Origin: Nemertoderma westbladi
Taxonomy: Eukaryota; Animalia; Xenacoelomorpha
Direction: 5' to 3'
DNA length: 58,878 nt
Assembly (NCBI GenBank): GCA_032718475.1
Contig: JAUCBJ010007139.1
Location: forward strand, 1 to 58,878
Part shown: piece by piece, positions 11,615-24,277 of the stretch
Layout of the letters: each line of letters starts with the position of its first letter
Numbering within the stretch: the first letter of the stretch is position 1
Notes under the pieces: generated by a model
Database searches by the model: none
What the model saw: the letters and a program-made list of their open reading frames with translations, nothing else
What the model was told of the DNA's origin: nothing
Translations under genes and position numbers: made by a program

Positions 11615-13812
11615 CTATTTTGCCGTAGCGTCCTGCGCAAGTTCTATTCCCACCGCTCTTGTGTTGTTGCTGACGAAGATAATGCCTTAGCGTTTCTCCG
11701 TGTGCCGCATCACCTTTATCTTAATCGGCTTGAACATGTCCATGCCGCAGTGCGTGAAGGGTGGGTTGTGTTGTCTCACTCTATTGGCCGGTAATGGCGC
11801 CATCTCCTATACGGCCCTCTCCTTTCTTGTCCGTCGGCAGGTCTGGCACTGCCTCACTACCACCTTCACCTTCTTCCTAAGTTGGGTGATCCAGAACATT
11901 CTTCGTATTTCCGTGAGGGTCTGATTTGAGCCTCCGTGTAGTATCGATTTATGTGAGTCCCAAATGATCTGGTGGACTATTGGTGATTTATTGGGGATTA
12001 TTATGGGCTTCGGTTGGATAACTAAGCTGTTGTTATTCACCACTCTGGAATTCATTACCAGAATCCCGTCGTCATTCAACTGTGGGGACAGCGTGTTGAG
12101 TTCGCTGTCTCGACAAAGGTGTTGTTGCTTGCTGACCCTGTCCACTTTGTCGGCGTACTTCTTTCCTTGCTTGTATCGTATTACGGCTTTAGCCGCTCCT
12201 TCCAGATTGACGGTTGGTTTCCTTTTGGCATCCTTGCCAAATCCCCTAAGGAAATCCCCGTAGGCCCTCAAATATGCTACCAACTTCTTAGTCTTATACC
12301 AGCTCGAGCTGTAACTGAGCAACCTGTCCATCGGATTATCACATGGTTCTTCTGATTTCGGTGGCACTTCCTTGATCTCCCTCACCATCTGGCTGTATAT
12401 CTCTTCCCCTTCTGAATCCTCCCCCTCCTCTTCTGCTACTACTTCCGCTGAGCCCGGGTCCACCTTCCTCATTGGTGGCCAGGCTGATCTATCATTCAGG
12501 AAGTGTGGCCCATGCTGCCACAACTCTTCCTTCTTTGAGAAAGTGTGGCGTCCCATGCCCCTCGATAACAGATCTGCTGGATTGTCGTCGGTAGGGCAGT
12601 AATGCCACCTTTCTAGGTCAGTCATCGCCCTTATCTTGTCTACCCTATTCGCGACGAATATAGGGTTATGTAGCCATCCGCCACACTAGCACTACCATGG
12701 AGTCCATCCAGCAGTGTGTCTCTACTATGTTGGGTATAGTATCCATCAAGTAAGCTGTGGCCCTTACTCCTAACCTCGTAGCTGTCAGCTCGAGTTTCGG
12801 GACTGACGCTGAATCTGGTGGCGTCGACTTCGCTTTACTAAATGCAAGTCTGGGCTTATGAGCCCCCTTTCGCTGTACCAAATAAAGTGCCGCTCCATAT
12901 GCTTCCAAAGATGCATCGGAAAACATGTGTAGATCCAGGTCCGTCATGTCTCCGTCCGGGAAATACACGCATGGCATGCTTTACATCCCCATCTGCTCTA
13001 GACTCCCCATCCACTTACTCCACTGTTTACTTATTTCTTCCGGTGCCTCCGTATCCCACGCATCCTTTAACTTGATTACTTTCTTTAGTATCTGCTTCCC
13101 CATGACTAACAATGGGGATGCCAGGCCTAGGGGATCGTATATCCTTGCTATGTATGATACATAGCCCCGCTTAGTGTGGATCTCTGCACCCTCTTGTCTC
13201 AGTTGATACTCCAACTCGTCCGTTTCACGGATTCACACGATCCCTAGCTCCTTCTTTGCCCTCTACCGTATCTCACACAGCCATAGTCGTTGTAAATGAG
13301 GACGAATTGGCCCCTATGTGTTGCAACACCATTTTGTACATCGGAATCACAGACGGTTCTTCATCGCCGTTGTACCATAGTAAGCGCAGACTGTCGCTGT
13401 CCTCTTCCGTCACACAGACTTGGTTGAACATGCCTTCAATGTCGCACGTGAAGGCATGCCTCCCATTTCTGAATCTCAACAGGACCTCTATTCCCGAGTT
13501 ATAGATGTTGGGGCCCTCCGGCAGATAGTCGTTTAGGCTCTTGCCATTCGTTTTGGCCGATGCGTTGACCACCATCCGCAGTTTACCCTTCTTTGGGTCG
13601 AAAGCCACGTGCAGTGGCAGATAGTAGGTTCTGTCCATGTTTGGCTCGTCGACCGGTAACTCCACGGCCCATCCCTTCTCAACGTATTTCCTGATCGTTC
13701 TGTGGATGTACTCGTCCTTCTCGGGGCTCCGTTTGAGTGTCTGCTTCAGTTTGCGAAGCCTCGTGAGTACCATCCCTTTGTTATCTAGCAATGGTAGTTT
13801 TGGTTGTTTCAC
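11615..13812 (-). pseudogene. BEL/Pao pol (RT with catalytic YxDD region deleted, RNase H, integrase Zn finger and start of core)
   Basis: ORFs 13273-13812, 12981-13214, 12666-12977 and 11807-12625; sequence jumps from 'GANSSSF' to the 'KELGIV' region; 'PFTHCGMDMFKP' near 11750, truncated ~11615. Confidence 0.92.
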
Positions 13813-16800
13813 ACCATTCCTATGGTGTACTTCATCGACTCCTTTACGCTCTCTATAGCTTGTTTATCTTCTACCAAGGTTCTGACCCCGGCCTCCTTCA
13901 ATCCTTCGAAGTCCTGCTTCAGCAGCCTCTTAAGCTGCTCCTCTGCTCCTTCGTCCCCCATCTCCCTCATTGTCCCTGCGAACATGCACCCTGATGTCTC
14001 CGACACCCTGAGTGGAATTTTGGTTTTAATTGGGCCGCTAAGCATCCATCCGAATGGTGTGAGAATCGCCATCACATCGCGCTGCCTGTTCTCTCCGAAT
14101 ATGGTCCATACTCTCTCGTGGGCTGTCGGACAATCCATTCCCACTATGATGGATACCTTCAAGACATCCACCTCCGGTATTGAGAAATCGATATCGTCCA
14201 GGAACCGGTATTGCTCGACCTCAATCATAGTGGGTCGCCTGGCGTTTATATTAATCGATTCTATTATCCGAATGGGGTCAATGGTCGCCCCATAATCACA
14301 TCCTGGTGCTATTGCTGATATCTCGCACCTTCCCATCCTCATCTCCAGGACCGCATCCTTGCTCGAGATTGTAGTTACCGCCATCCTACTCGGCCTCGTC
14401 TGTAATCTTATCTCCTCGGCCACCCAATTCTCCACCAGCGTGAAGGCTGCTCCGCTGTTGACCAGCATTGGTGTCGTAACTGATCGACCGCTTTCTCCCA
14501 TCACCCTCACCGGTACCACCCCGAGTAGTACCGTTCCCCTTCTCTTCGCTCCTATGGTGCTTGTCGCCATTGTTTGGCCTTTGCCTTGACCGAATTTTAT
14601 TGGTGTCTCCTTACACTGTTCAGCTCTATGTCCACCTACCACACATCGATGACAGATTCCACTTTTGTTCGCATATTCTTCCTGATCTTGTTTGGGTAAC
14701 GCCTGCCAATACTTGCAGTTCATGGTCTGATGGAGTGCGTTCGAGTGTAATTGGCATTTGTTTCTCAGATTATAGCATTCCCTATACAGCGCATTACGTA
14801 TCGCACGTATATTCATACTTAGCTGTCTGGCGTTCTTATTATTTGGGTTTGGCCTACTGGGCGTGTTGGGGTTATATTTGTTTGTGTTATTATTTTGTCC
14901 CTGTTCATGCCACGGTGTGGCCCTACCCCCGGCTATCTGTGGACTAGCAGTCCCCTGCGTCGTCACGTATGGTAGCGATTGTCTCAACTTTGGTAACGCA
15001 TTTGCCGTACTATGTTCTGGTTTCGGCCTGTTATATTCGGTCTTCGGCGCCCTCCCCAGACTATCTTCGCTGTAGACTGGGTCCGTGATTAGTTCTGCTT
15101 CGTAATTGAGGAAGTTCGACATTTCCTCTAGGCCCAGTTCCACACCTTTCTTCTCCCGGGTTGAGAAGGTGATCTTCCTCCACTTATTTCTTAGCCAGAT
15201 TGGCAGTGCCTGTGCTATTGTGGTGATGTTATTCACTGCGTTGAGTTCATAAGGCGCATCCAAGATCTTCAGCACAATCAGCGCCTTTTCGACTTTATTT
15301 GCGAAAGTCTTGATGTTACCACCTGATGTTATTCCCCTCAAGGTTTGCCGGATGATCTTGGCAGGGTGTCCAAATTCCCTGTCTAGGGCCCGCCATGCAG
15401 TCGTGAATCCACCCTCGATACACCGATACTGCCTTACGATATTGTACGCTGGGCCCCCTGTGTAAACTTGTAAATATTTTAGGCACTCGGCCTGTGTCAG
15501 GTTCTTTGTCAATATTTCATTACTGTACATACGTCGGAATTTCAGATATTCTTCCAGCCTGCTTCCATCGAATTTGAACGGCTCCACTGGTGGCAGCTCG
15601 ATCCTGGTCTTAAGTGCATTGATGAGTGTTGCCATTCCCATCGCCTAGTACTTCTAGTGGGCTCGATGGATGCTGTACAGATTCCCCTGCTGCTGGGTGC
15701 GGCTCGCCCGTCGACCTCTTCTGCGTTGGATATATCATTGGGGTTAACGGTCCCCTCCATATCACTGTGTCACATGATTTATTTTGATCCAAGGGGTTCG
15801 GGGTTTTTGTTCTCGGTTGAGTGTATTGCTGATATTGTAATGGGGGAATATCACCCTGCCCCCCCCCCCCCCCACCCTCCGGTGTTATATTTGGTATTGG
15901 TGTTGATGTTACCATGTTAGGGCCCATACACCTATCGGCAATAACTCCCCCCTCCCCTGGGTATATGTTATATCCCTGCATATTATAGTCATACTGGTGT
16001 GCAGACCTATCGGTATGTATGCCGCGACTTCCGGATCTAATCCCATTGTTCGCGCTACCCTATCGCCTAGACTATCTCTTCCAGCATGGCCTATAGTATG
16101 TGCAGTAAAGCCTACAGTATGTCCTGCAGTCTGGCTGTGTCCTTCCGGACCGAAGTTTAATCTTCTCGAATATTCCAAGAAGTCCTCCCCATGACTACCG
16201 TACTCTCGATCGACAGCTATATCCTGTCGGGAAGTTTCTCTTCGATCCTATCTCCTGTCCTCGTCCTCGCACCGGTACATCCTGCACCCTTCTCGCGGTG
16301 TGTGGTATATCTCACCAGGCTGCATCTCTCCGGGGCACGGCAATCTCCCGGAGTTCGACCCCACTGACTCTCTAACTCCATCTCTGCTACCGACGGTTCA
16401 CTCTCCGTCCTTCCTCTCCGGTTGCTCGCAGCAACGCTTCTTCTATTCTCTTCACTTCTTCTCTCTTCAGTGTAGAGATCCCCTTCGTGAGATCTCTCTT
16501 CGACCTCCCGGATAAACTCCACTGTTCTTCTTCTGTCTTCCGACTGGGCTCGACGTCTTGTCGCTTGCCCGCTCACAGCGCCAACCTTTCTCTCTCTACC
16601 CAGTTGGACGCTCCTGGGGATACTCGCAATCCCCCTACTATTCTCTGTCGTCGGGTGTCGTGGTTCACCTAACTCGCCCCGCGCATTATCTGCCGACGCT
16701 TGTGGGATATTCTCTGCCCCCCCCCCCCCTTCTGGCCACTAATCTCTCGTGGTGGGGTGCCCGTAGCCCCCCCCCCCCCCCCCCATCCGCCACCTCTTAC

Positions 16801-18723
16801 TTCGCTGCCTCTTACTTCACTTCTATACCCCTCTCTAGTCGACGCACTATCTCTACTCCGGCTGGGTCTACTCACCCCTGCCTCTTCCTGTGCGACTGCG
16901 TGGCCTTGCAGGCTCCCGTCGGGTTGACTCACCGCCGCTACTCCCTGCGTAACTACATAGCCTTGTAGGCTCCCGTTGGCCGGGCCATCTGCCTCCCCTG
17001 CATCCGTATTAATTGCACTGTTATTCGTAACATTATTATCTAAGTTATTTAAATTATTTAAATTATTTTGTTCAGAATTAGGGTTATTATTTGGAATATT
17101 TTGTACATTTAAATTAGAATTATTACTTAGGTTATTTTGCACATTTAAATTAGTGTTATTTGGAATATTTTGTATGTTTAAATTAGTATTATTTGGATTA
17201 TTTTGTACATTTAAATTAGTATTATTTGGATTATTTTGTACGTTTAAATTAGTATATTTGGATTATCCATATTTGGATTATTTTGCACATTTAAATCAAA
17301 ATTATTATTGCCGGGTAAAATATTATTTCCTGCAACAAAGGTTTGATTAGGGTTGTCTACTACGGTACTATTAATATTAATCCCTTCTAACGTATTAATA
17401 TTACCCCCCCCCCCGTCCGTCCATATGGTTACACCAGTCCTGGGTCTGTCGCCCGGTGCCTGTAAGTGGGGTATTAACAAACGTTTGCATTACTTCTGGC
17501 TCCTCGTAAACGCTACCCGAACCAGCCTCACTCTCCGATAATCCCAACTTCGCCAGTTCTAACCGGCGCTTTTGCTTCGCCTGGTATTGCATAAGTCCCC
17601 TTAACTGGGTATGCATATCATCCCGCATACCCTTTCCTGCTCTCTCTCTCTCTCTCTATCCTCTCTCAAACTTTGGTCGGCCAACTCTGCCTATCTCGCG
17701 ATCCGCTCTTTGTGCTCATTTTCTACTTTCGCCTCCCGTTCCTCGCACTCTTTACGCTCACTCATTTCTCTTTCCTCCCGTACCCTGCAGTTTCTCGCCA
17801 CCCTCTCGGCTCTCTCTCTACATTCCCTCGCTAACTCTCTCTCTTTCTCTAATAACGCGGTTCCCTCATCTAGTTGCCTCTCCAACTCCTTCTGATCCAG
17901 CGCCACAAGGTCTAATTGGCATGCCAGATCTATCTCTAATACCCTTCTTGCTTTTGCGGAGGATGTAGCAGACTTATCGGTCGCGACGGACTCCCGTCGC
18001 CTATCTGTCCTACTAACTTTCCCCCGATTTCTGGGGTTCTCGCTGACTGACGACACCGAATCCTCGGGGTTAACCTCAGGTTCGCTGTCGTGCCATCCCA
18101 CTAATTTAATTCCCCTTGCATCCACTATAATAAGGCCCTACGTACACTACGTCTGGCTCCATTACCCCGGACCGCCACAATTCAAACAGTTCCGTGGCGA
18201 CCCCCTTTGCTCTCTAACTCGCCAGTTCTCCCTGTCCAAAATGGACTAAATAGTGAAAATGTTTATTCGACTCATCTATCCTCTGATATAGTTTAGGCTA
18301 GTCTACCTTTCTCCTCTCCTTGGCCTCTTTAAGTAGTTTCTTGGTGGCGTTGTAGGTCCGTTGTAGTCGATCACTTGTCCCGACGTCCTCTTCGTCGACT
18401 CCACCTCCTCTCCTTGTCCGGTGTCGTACCGGTGGCCCCACCGTTGCCATTCCGGTGGGCCGTCCGTCGCCATTGGACTGTGGCTGGCCGGCGACTTCGG
18501 TACTCCGACTGCTGTCGTCGTCGCGCATCGACTCATCTCCCTCTCTTCTACGTAGTTGACGGTCGCCCTCCGCTTGGGCTACCGGATCGTCCCTCGTCGG
18601 CGAATCCGGTGTGGCAGGCTGATACTGTCGAGTCACGGCCTCACGGATCATTTGATTGGTGTCATCCGGAGTCCGCGGCGGCGTTCTCTCTCCCTCTGAT
18701 AATCGGGGCTCCCTGTCGCTCAT
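13809..18723 (-). pseudogene. BEL/Pao gag-protease of copy 2 (long N-terminal part with coiled-coil and Asn-rich repeats; frameshifted)
   Basis: ATG 18723 MSDREPRL; E/R coiled coil 17640-17900; capsid/knuckle/PR ORF 13809-15641 (protease Asp mutated, LVNSGA). Confidence 0.9.
17020..17330 (-). repeat. 33-bp coding repeat (NLNVQNNPNNT) within gag
   Basis: Plus-strand unit TTATTTGGATTATTTTGTACATTTAAATTAGTA repeated; homologous Asn-rich tract at 1-180 in copy 1. Confidence 0.85.
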
Positions 18724-18790
18724 CTTCCTGTCTTTGAAGTCACAGTTTGTTAGTTGTAGTAGGTGAGTTTATGACTCAGCAGTTTATGAC

Positions 18791-21027
18791 TGTGACGGGA
18801 TCCTAAGATCCCGACTGGGTTAGATTTGTAGGCGTCACCATTCTGCTGGGCAGTTGTACTGGGTTTGGCCAAAGGCCATCGAGGAAAAACAATAGAGTTT
18901 CTGATTCTCAATGTTTATACTCCAAGCGATAATAGCACAATCGGTAAATCATTTTTTTTTTTTTTTTTTTTTTTGGAAAGTACTAATTTATTACACCCTA
19001 ATATAATCTGACATTAATTGATATCTATAATACATCACAAACCTATCGGCGTAAATGTTATGGATACACTATCTCATCGCATACTATTTAACGCAATCCC
19101 AGCCTCGGCTACAGCCGCGCTCACGCCGGTCTCCCGCATCGTCTGTCTCGTTGCCAGCCTAGCCTTCGGCATCCGTGCACCCCTGAGGCACATGATAGAG
19201 GAACGGAGGAGGGCGAAACTCAACCGAGTCCTGATGAGGGAGAGAGTCTGCGAGTAGGGAGCGTCCTGTTTCGCCAACAGTAGGAGCGCGATGCGTGTGA
19301 GGAGCGCGTGGGCTGAGCGGCTGGCCCCACCAGTTGTAGCAATTACAAAAAGGCGAGAAGCCGGCGTGCTCGACGTCATTGATTCTCTCCTCATACTTCC
19401 TCCATTTCTCTCGCTCATGTTTGCTGTACCCATGTACTCATGTGCAGCATCCATGGAGCGAGGATTGGAGGAGCACAGAGGATTGAATACCTTGACGTCG
19501 ATATACACCCGCTCGAAGCGCCCACCCCACAGCCCACTCGCCGCAACGTCCAGACGGGCCTCCGGGTCTACCGTAGCAGATCTCAGGCGGAATGACTCGC
19601 CCTCAATCGGCTGGAGATGGGGTTCCACCTCGACGTCGTGTGCGACCTCGCTGAGGAGCTCGGCGAGGCAATCGCGGACCTCGTTGTGCCGCAGGATCGG
19701 GTAGGCTCCCATAGGGCAGTGAAGGGAGTGGGAGATGGTGAATACAGCACCGCAGGAGCAGTTGGCGGGCAGCCTCGGGGGCTCCCACCCAAATCGCAGA
19801 CACAACGCATCCCGGAAAGCGGATTTGTGTAGGGAAAAGTTGTATCTGGAAATGGGTAGGGCCAAGAGCCATGCCGACGCTCCACGCTCCTTCGCCAGTG
19901 TCTGATGGTAGAGGGCGTCTCCGGACAGTTGAGCATCAACCGCCACACATCGAGTCTTCACAGCCTCATCCTGCTCCTTGCGGATCTCACACAGGATGGT
20001 CTGCTGTATTGTACGAGCGGCTGGGTCCGAACACCGTAGGGGCTCGCAGAGTCGCAACGACTTCTCGTAGCTTTCCACCTCATCCTGAGGTTGATTTATT
20101 GCTAGCCCCCCTCCCTCACAGGGAGTGCCAGCAGCTGTCGTTCCGAAAGGCCAAGTGGGTATCTGCCAGTGAGTGTCGGGATGACTGTGCTGGAGAGCGT
20201 TTCCTCAACTCGATCCAAGTGACCGACTAACCCGGGTGTGGTGCGAGCCAAGAAGTTTACCTTCGGCTGTAAGCCACGGACCAGGCATCTATACGCAGGG
20301 TGGGGAGCATTCACTGCGAAATCGTTGAGGTGTTTTAGTTGGCGACAGATGACGTCAACTCGCTTCTCCAGATACCCAGCACAGTAGGATGTGGACCCTA
20401 TTACGGACCCCAGGACTCGATGACCATCGACCACTTCAACAGGGAGGCCAGAGAAAATCGCGTTGGCCTCTTCGCGCTTTGAGTTCTTCACAATAAGAAA
20501 TGCCTTTGTAAATCAAAGGCGGTAAATCAGTGATATCATGGTAAATTGGTAACAGCAGAAAATACACAGTAATATATGATGTTAGTGGCGGTGACGGTCA
20601 TAAACTATGACCAGTCTGCAACTGAGTAACTAATGAACTGACTGGTAAATCAGTAGTGCAGAATAATAAATGATTAACACACACGGATATTGATTTCACC
20701 TCTTACTATACTTGGCCCTCTGTACCCAGTGGATGCTTTCCTATCTCTAATCACGTGCTTCCCTCCCCGCTATTGGCTAATATACTAATTGTCACTTTGG
20801 CACTCCCTGTGAGTGTTTTCCCCCACTGGCTGTATTCCCTCCAAGGTGGTTTGACCTCTCACCTCTCTCTGTGGCGTTAGGGCTTGTGTCCCCCCCCCCC
20901 CCCCCCCCCCCCAATTTTGGTTATGAGGCGAGATTAATATTGGTAATTTCGTATCCCCAACTTATTGGTAAAATGCCACTGGTCCCATTTTCTAGTGGGT
21001 AATGAAGTGGAATTGAATCCGCTTACA
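18791..21027 (-). repeat. 5' LTR of BEL copy 2 (~673 bp), split by a CRE-like LINE
   Basis: Sense TGTAAGCGGATTCAATTCC (21027) ... GATCCCGTCACA (18791); pieces 18791-18951 and 20516-21027. Confidence 0.9.
18952..20507 (-). mobile_element. CRE-like non-LTR retrotransposon (restriction-like endonuclease), 5' truncated, poly(A) tail, 8-bp TSD
   Basis: RGASAWL.ALP, CSCG..HSLHC, RHNEVRD, RLDV...YIDV motifs; T23 at 18952-18974; TSD GTAAATCA at 18944-18951 and 20508-20515. Confidence 0.88.
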
Positions 21028-22930
21028 TCCCAGGATGGAACGACCAGGTAAAAGAAAAATACAGTCAATCTCGAAACGCCTTTAAGCTTTGGCGTGAATG
21101 CGGTTCACCTAGGACTGGCCCTATTTTTCAAGAATACTTAAAAAGCAAAGCGCAGTTCATGCTGGCTTTGAGACATTGTAAGCGCAATGAAAATAATATT
21201 CGTAATGAACTTATGGCGAAGTCCATGTTATTAGACCAGACGAAGGACTTCTGGACACAAATTCGGACACACACTGCCGATAAAGTTCCCTTTCCAAACA
21301 AGGTTTATATTGTGTTGGTGCAAATAATATTTGTAATATGTGGAAAGTTCATTTTGATCAGCTGTTTAACTGTGTAAATGATGATTCCGAACGTGATTAT
21401 GTTAATAATTATTTAATGCTAATATAAGTGTAGATATCCCAATGGTCTCTGACTGTGAAGTCTTAGATGCTGTATTTAACCTACCTTCCGGTAAAGCCAG
21501 TGGCCCGGACGGGCTATGTGCAGAGCATTTTATTGAGGGTTGTAGCAAGACCCTAATTAATACTTTAGCTGTTTTAATTAATGCTATGCTGTCTCATGGC
21601 TATGTCTCAAAGTATGATTGGTTCCACGGTTCTTCCTCTTATTAAGGATAGAACTGCGTATATTACCAATAAGGACAACTATAGAGGTATTTCTCTTGGT
21701 GCAGTTCTAGGAAAGATTGTTGAGAAAATAATTCTAAATCGGTGTACTGACCGTTTGCAAACTTCAGCGAACCAGTTTGGATTCAAATCCAATTCAGGTA
21801 CGGAAACATGTATTTATTCTATTAAAGAGATAATTAATTACTATCTCTATCACAATACACCTATTTACATTTGCATGTTGGACGCGTCGAAGGCGTTCGA
21901 TCGTATAAATCACTTCAAACTTTTCCGTAAGTTACTAGACCGTGGAGTTCCAGTATATATTGTGCGGCTAATATATTTTTGGTATAGGAACCAATATATG
22001 CGTATACTTTGGGATGGTGTTTTCTCTTCTAATTTTACAGTGTCTAACGGCACTAAACAAGGAGGTATATTAAGTCCTTACTTTTTTAATTTATATGTAG
22101 ATGATCTTAGTATATTATTAACCAACAGTGGTGTTGGCTGTAAAGTGGGTTCTTTACGAGTCAATCACATACTGTATGCAGATGACCTTTGTTTGATCTC
22201 TACATCAATTTATGGTTTGCAAAATTTAGTTAACACCGCTGTTAAATTTGCCAACTGTCATTCAATGCTTTTCAATGTTAAAAAAACGAAATGTATATAT
22301 TTTTTGCCGAAGTCTCACTCAGGTATTCCGCTATGTAGAATCCGTTTATATGGTGCATATATTCCAATTGTTGATAAGTTTAACTATTTAGGACATATTC
22401 TTCACTCTACTACTGACGATGATTACGACATAACTAAACAAATGCATTGCTTGTATGCCAGAGCAAATGTTTTAGTTAGGAAGTTCAGTACCGCTCCTTT
22501 ACCGGTAAAAGTTACTCTTTTTCGGGCATATTGCACCCCTATATATTGTAACAGTCTGTGGAATGCTCATAACTATTCACAGATATGTTACAATAAGATT
22601 CGGGTGGCTTACAATAATTGTGCACGTTTTTTGTTTAATATTCCGCGGGTTACCGACGGTGAACCTACAGTACAAGTATGTCTCTACAATTCGGAAGGTT
22701 AAACCTTCCAATGTTTTGCCATATTCGGTTCCGTTCCAAACAAAGTTTATTGCGTAGAATTGACACAACTTGCAATTCTATTTTACGTGAGATCTCGCGT
22801 ACTTGTAGTATTAACTCAATATCACGTATTCTTTCTTAGGTAAGATTTCAGTGACCTACTTACTCTTACTCTGTGCTTGTTTTGTTGTTGTGTGCTTGCT
22901 TTACTCGTTTTTATGGGCTAAGGCCTGGAT
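21028..22930 (+). mobile_element. RTE-X-like LINE ORF2 fragment (RT), interrupted at its 5' side by BEL copy 2
   Basis: PGWNDQVKE..AFKLW..GSPRTG, GKASGPDGLCAEH, NYRGISL, NQFGFK, LDASKAFD, GTKQGGILSP, YADD; ORF 21581-22702. Confidence 0.85.
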
Positions 22931-23059
22931 GTCAGTTCATATAATATGAAAGTTCTTAAGAGTTTTTAAGGTTTAGAGTAACCAGCGCACTGTGTAAAAA
23001 AGGGGACATTTTAGCCGCAAAACCTTTAATAATAAGATTGGAAGTGTCATATTACTTTG

Positions 23060-23255
23060 ACACAAGCTTGACTCTAGAACAAAGCCGCCTCCGCTTTCCA
23101 GGACATTGCTTTTGCCGTGAGGACCAGTCAGTGCATAATCTTGTGCTTTGGCGGCCTCAGGGAGTGAATAAGCATGGTGGCCAGCCCATGACTTTCTTGA
23201 AATGCATCTTAGAGGACACTGGCCTTGACGATGAGATAACCTAGCAAATGTCTTA
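23060..23255 (+). mobile_element. Short 3' fragment of the RTE family seen at 53648-55309
   Basis: SLTLEQSRLRF.GHCF.REDQ.VHNLVLW matches the end of the 53622-55271 ORF. Confidence 0.85.
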
Positions 23256-23330
23256 TGTTGAGCCTCCAGGGGGCTGGAGGGAAGAACTGGGATTAGGGTC
23301 TTGCCACGTATATTAATAAAATAGTTTATA

Positions 23331-23371
23331 TCCGTATGCGCATTTCGCCCGTTTCTGGTGTCTTCAGCGGA
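23331..23371 (-). ncRNA. Minimal type I hammerhead ribozyme motif (Penelope-type)
   Basis: Sense TCCG CTGAAGA cacc-agaaac-gggc GAAA TGCGCA TA CGGA; palindromic stem III ATGCGCAT; stem II weak. Confidence 0.6.
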
Positions 23372-24277
23372 ATATATTAAACATTAAACTAACCAAATTA
23401 AATAAAATTCAAAGTAAATTTACAAATAAAACGACTGGGCCGAACGCGTAATTATAGTAAAAGTAGTATTAAACATTTAATTATTAGAAAGTAATTTAAG
23501 CAGGATAAATAATTTATACAATCTATGGATGTTAATACATATAAACAATAATAGATATTTATTATAATATATATATCAATACGAAGGAATTAATAAAAGT
23601 TGATAACAGGCAAAGATTGACGGCTGTAGCTTTGTTTAACAAACAATAGTGGTGATTGGAAGTCAGGGAATGGAAGAAATTCCCTTAGTACCGGTAGGTC
23701 AAGTTAGGCCCTATGGGGGGGGGGGGGGGGGGGGTGTGGGGGGTTATTTACTTTAGGGGGGGGGGGTGGGGGGGTGTCAGTTATTATTATTCTCTAATAT
23801 TTTTGATTATGTCAATTGTATACTCAACATAACAGTAAAAGCATTTTTCTTTGCATGAAAAAAAAATAAAACATCTAAGATAAATAAACTGGTTATATTG
23901 GTTCACGGTCCTATTGACGTAAGTGACCACTATTATCGTATGTGTATGTATGTGTGTATCTGTCTGTCTGACCAGAGCGATATCTCCGTTAGTTATAAAT
24001 CAATCAAAACGAAATTTGGACAAGCGTTAGATATAGGCATCACGACGGCTCATACAGACACACAATTGGGTGTCGGTATTTGTGCAATCCGAGCGCTATA
24101 TTGGCTGTACTTTCGCGCGGTTTCGGAAAAAGCTTCCTTGTCATATAGGGATACCACAATCAGTGCTTCTGATATTTGGCATGAAGGTACCTGAATTATT
24201 TCTAAATCTATTAACGGAGGCCGATATTTATATTTGTACTTACATGACATGGTCACCTAATTAATTAGGGTAATCAA

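Larger units (their letters stand above)
9518..21027 (-). mobile_element. BEL/Pao LTR retrotransposon copy 2 (5' LTR, gag, PR, partial RT, RNase H, partial IN, ORF3; 3' truncated)
   Basis: LTR 21027->18791, gag ATG 18723, RT 'YYLPLHVAF..KLRMVVNASAK..SLND.L.EGPN', RNase H 'LHMFSDASLEAYGA', 'WHYCPTDDNPADLLSRG', IN HHCC finger. Confidence 0.95.

Noticed and set aside
1131-17895. Numerous Ser/Pro/Leu-rich antisense ORFs
   Set aside because: Shadows of purine-rich retrotransposon coding strands, with no independent motifs
18828-18840. TGGTGACGCCTAC (minus) as a tRNA-Trp-like PBS
   Set aside because: The homologous sequence (CGGTGACGCGTAG) lies inside the 3' LTR of copy 1, upstream of the ACA end, so it is U5 rather than post-LTR; not fully excluded
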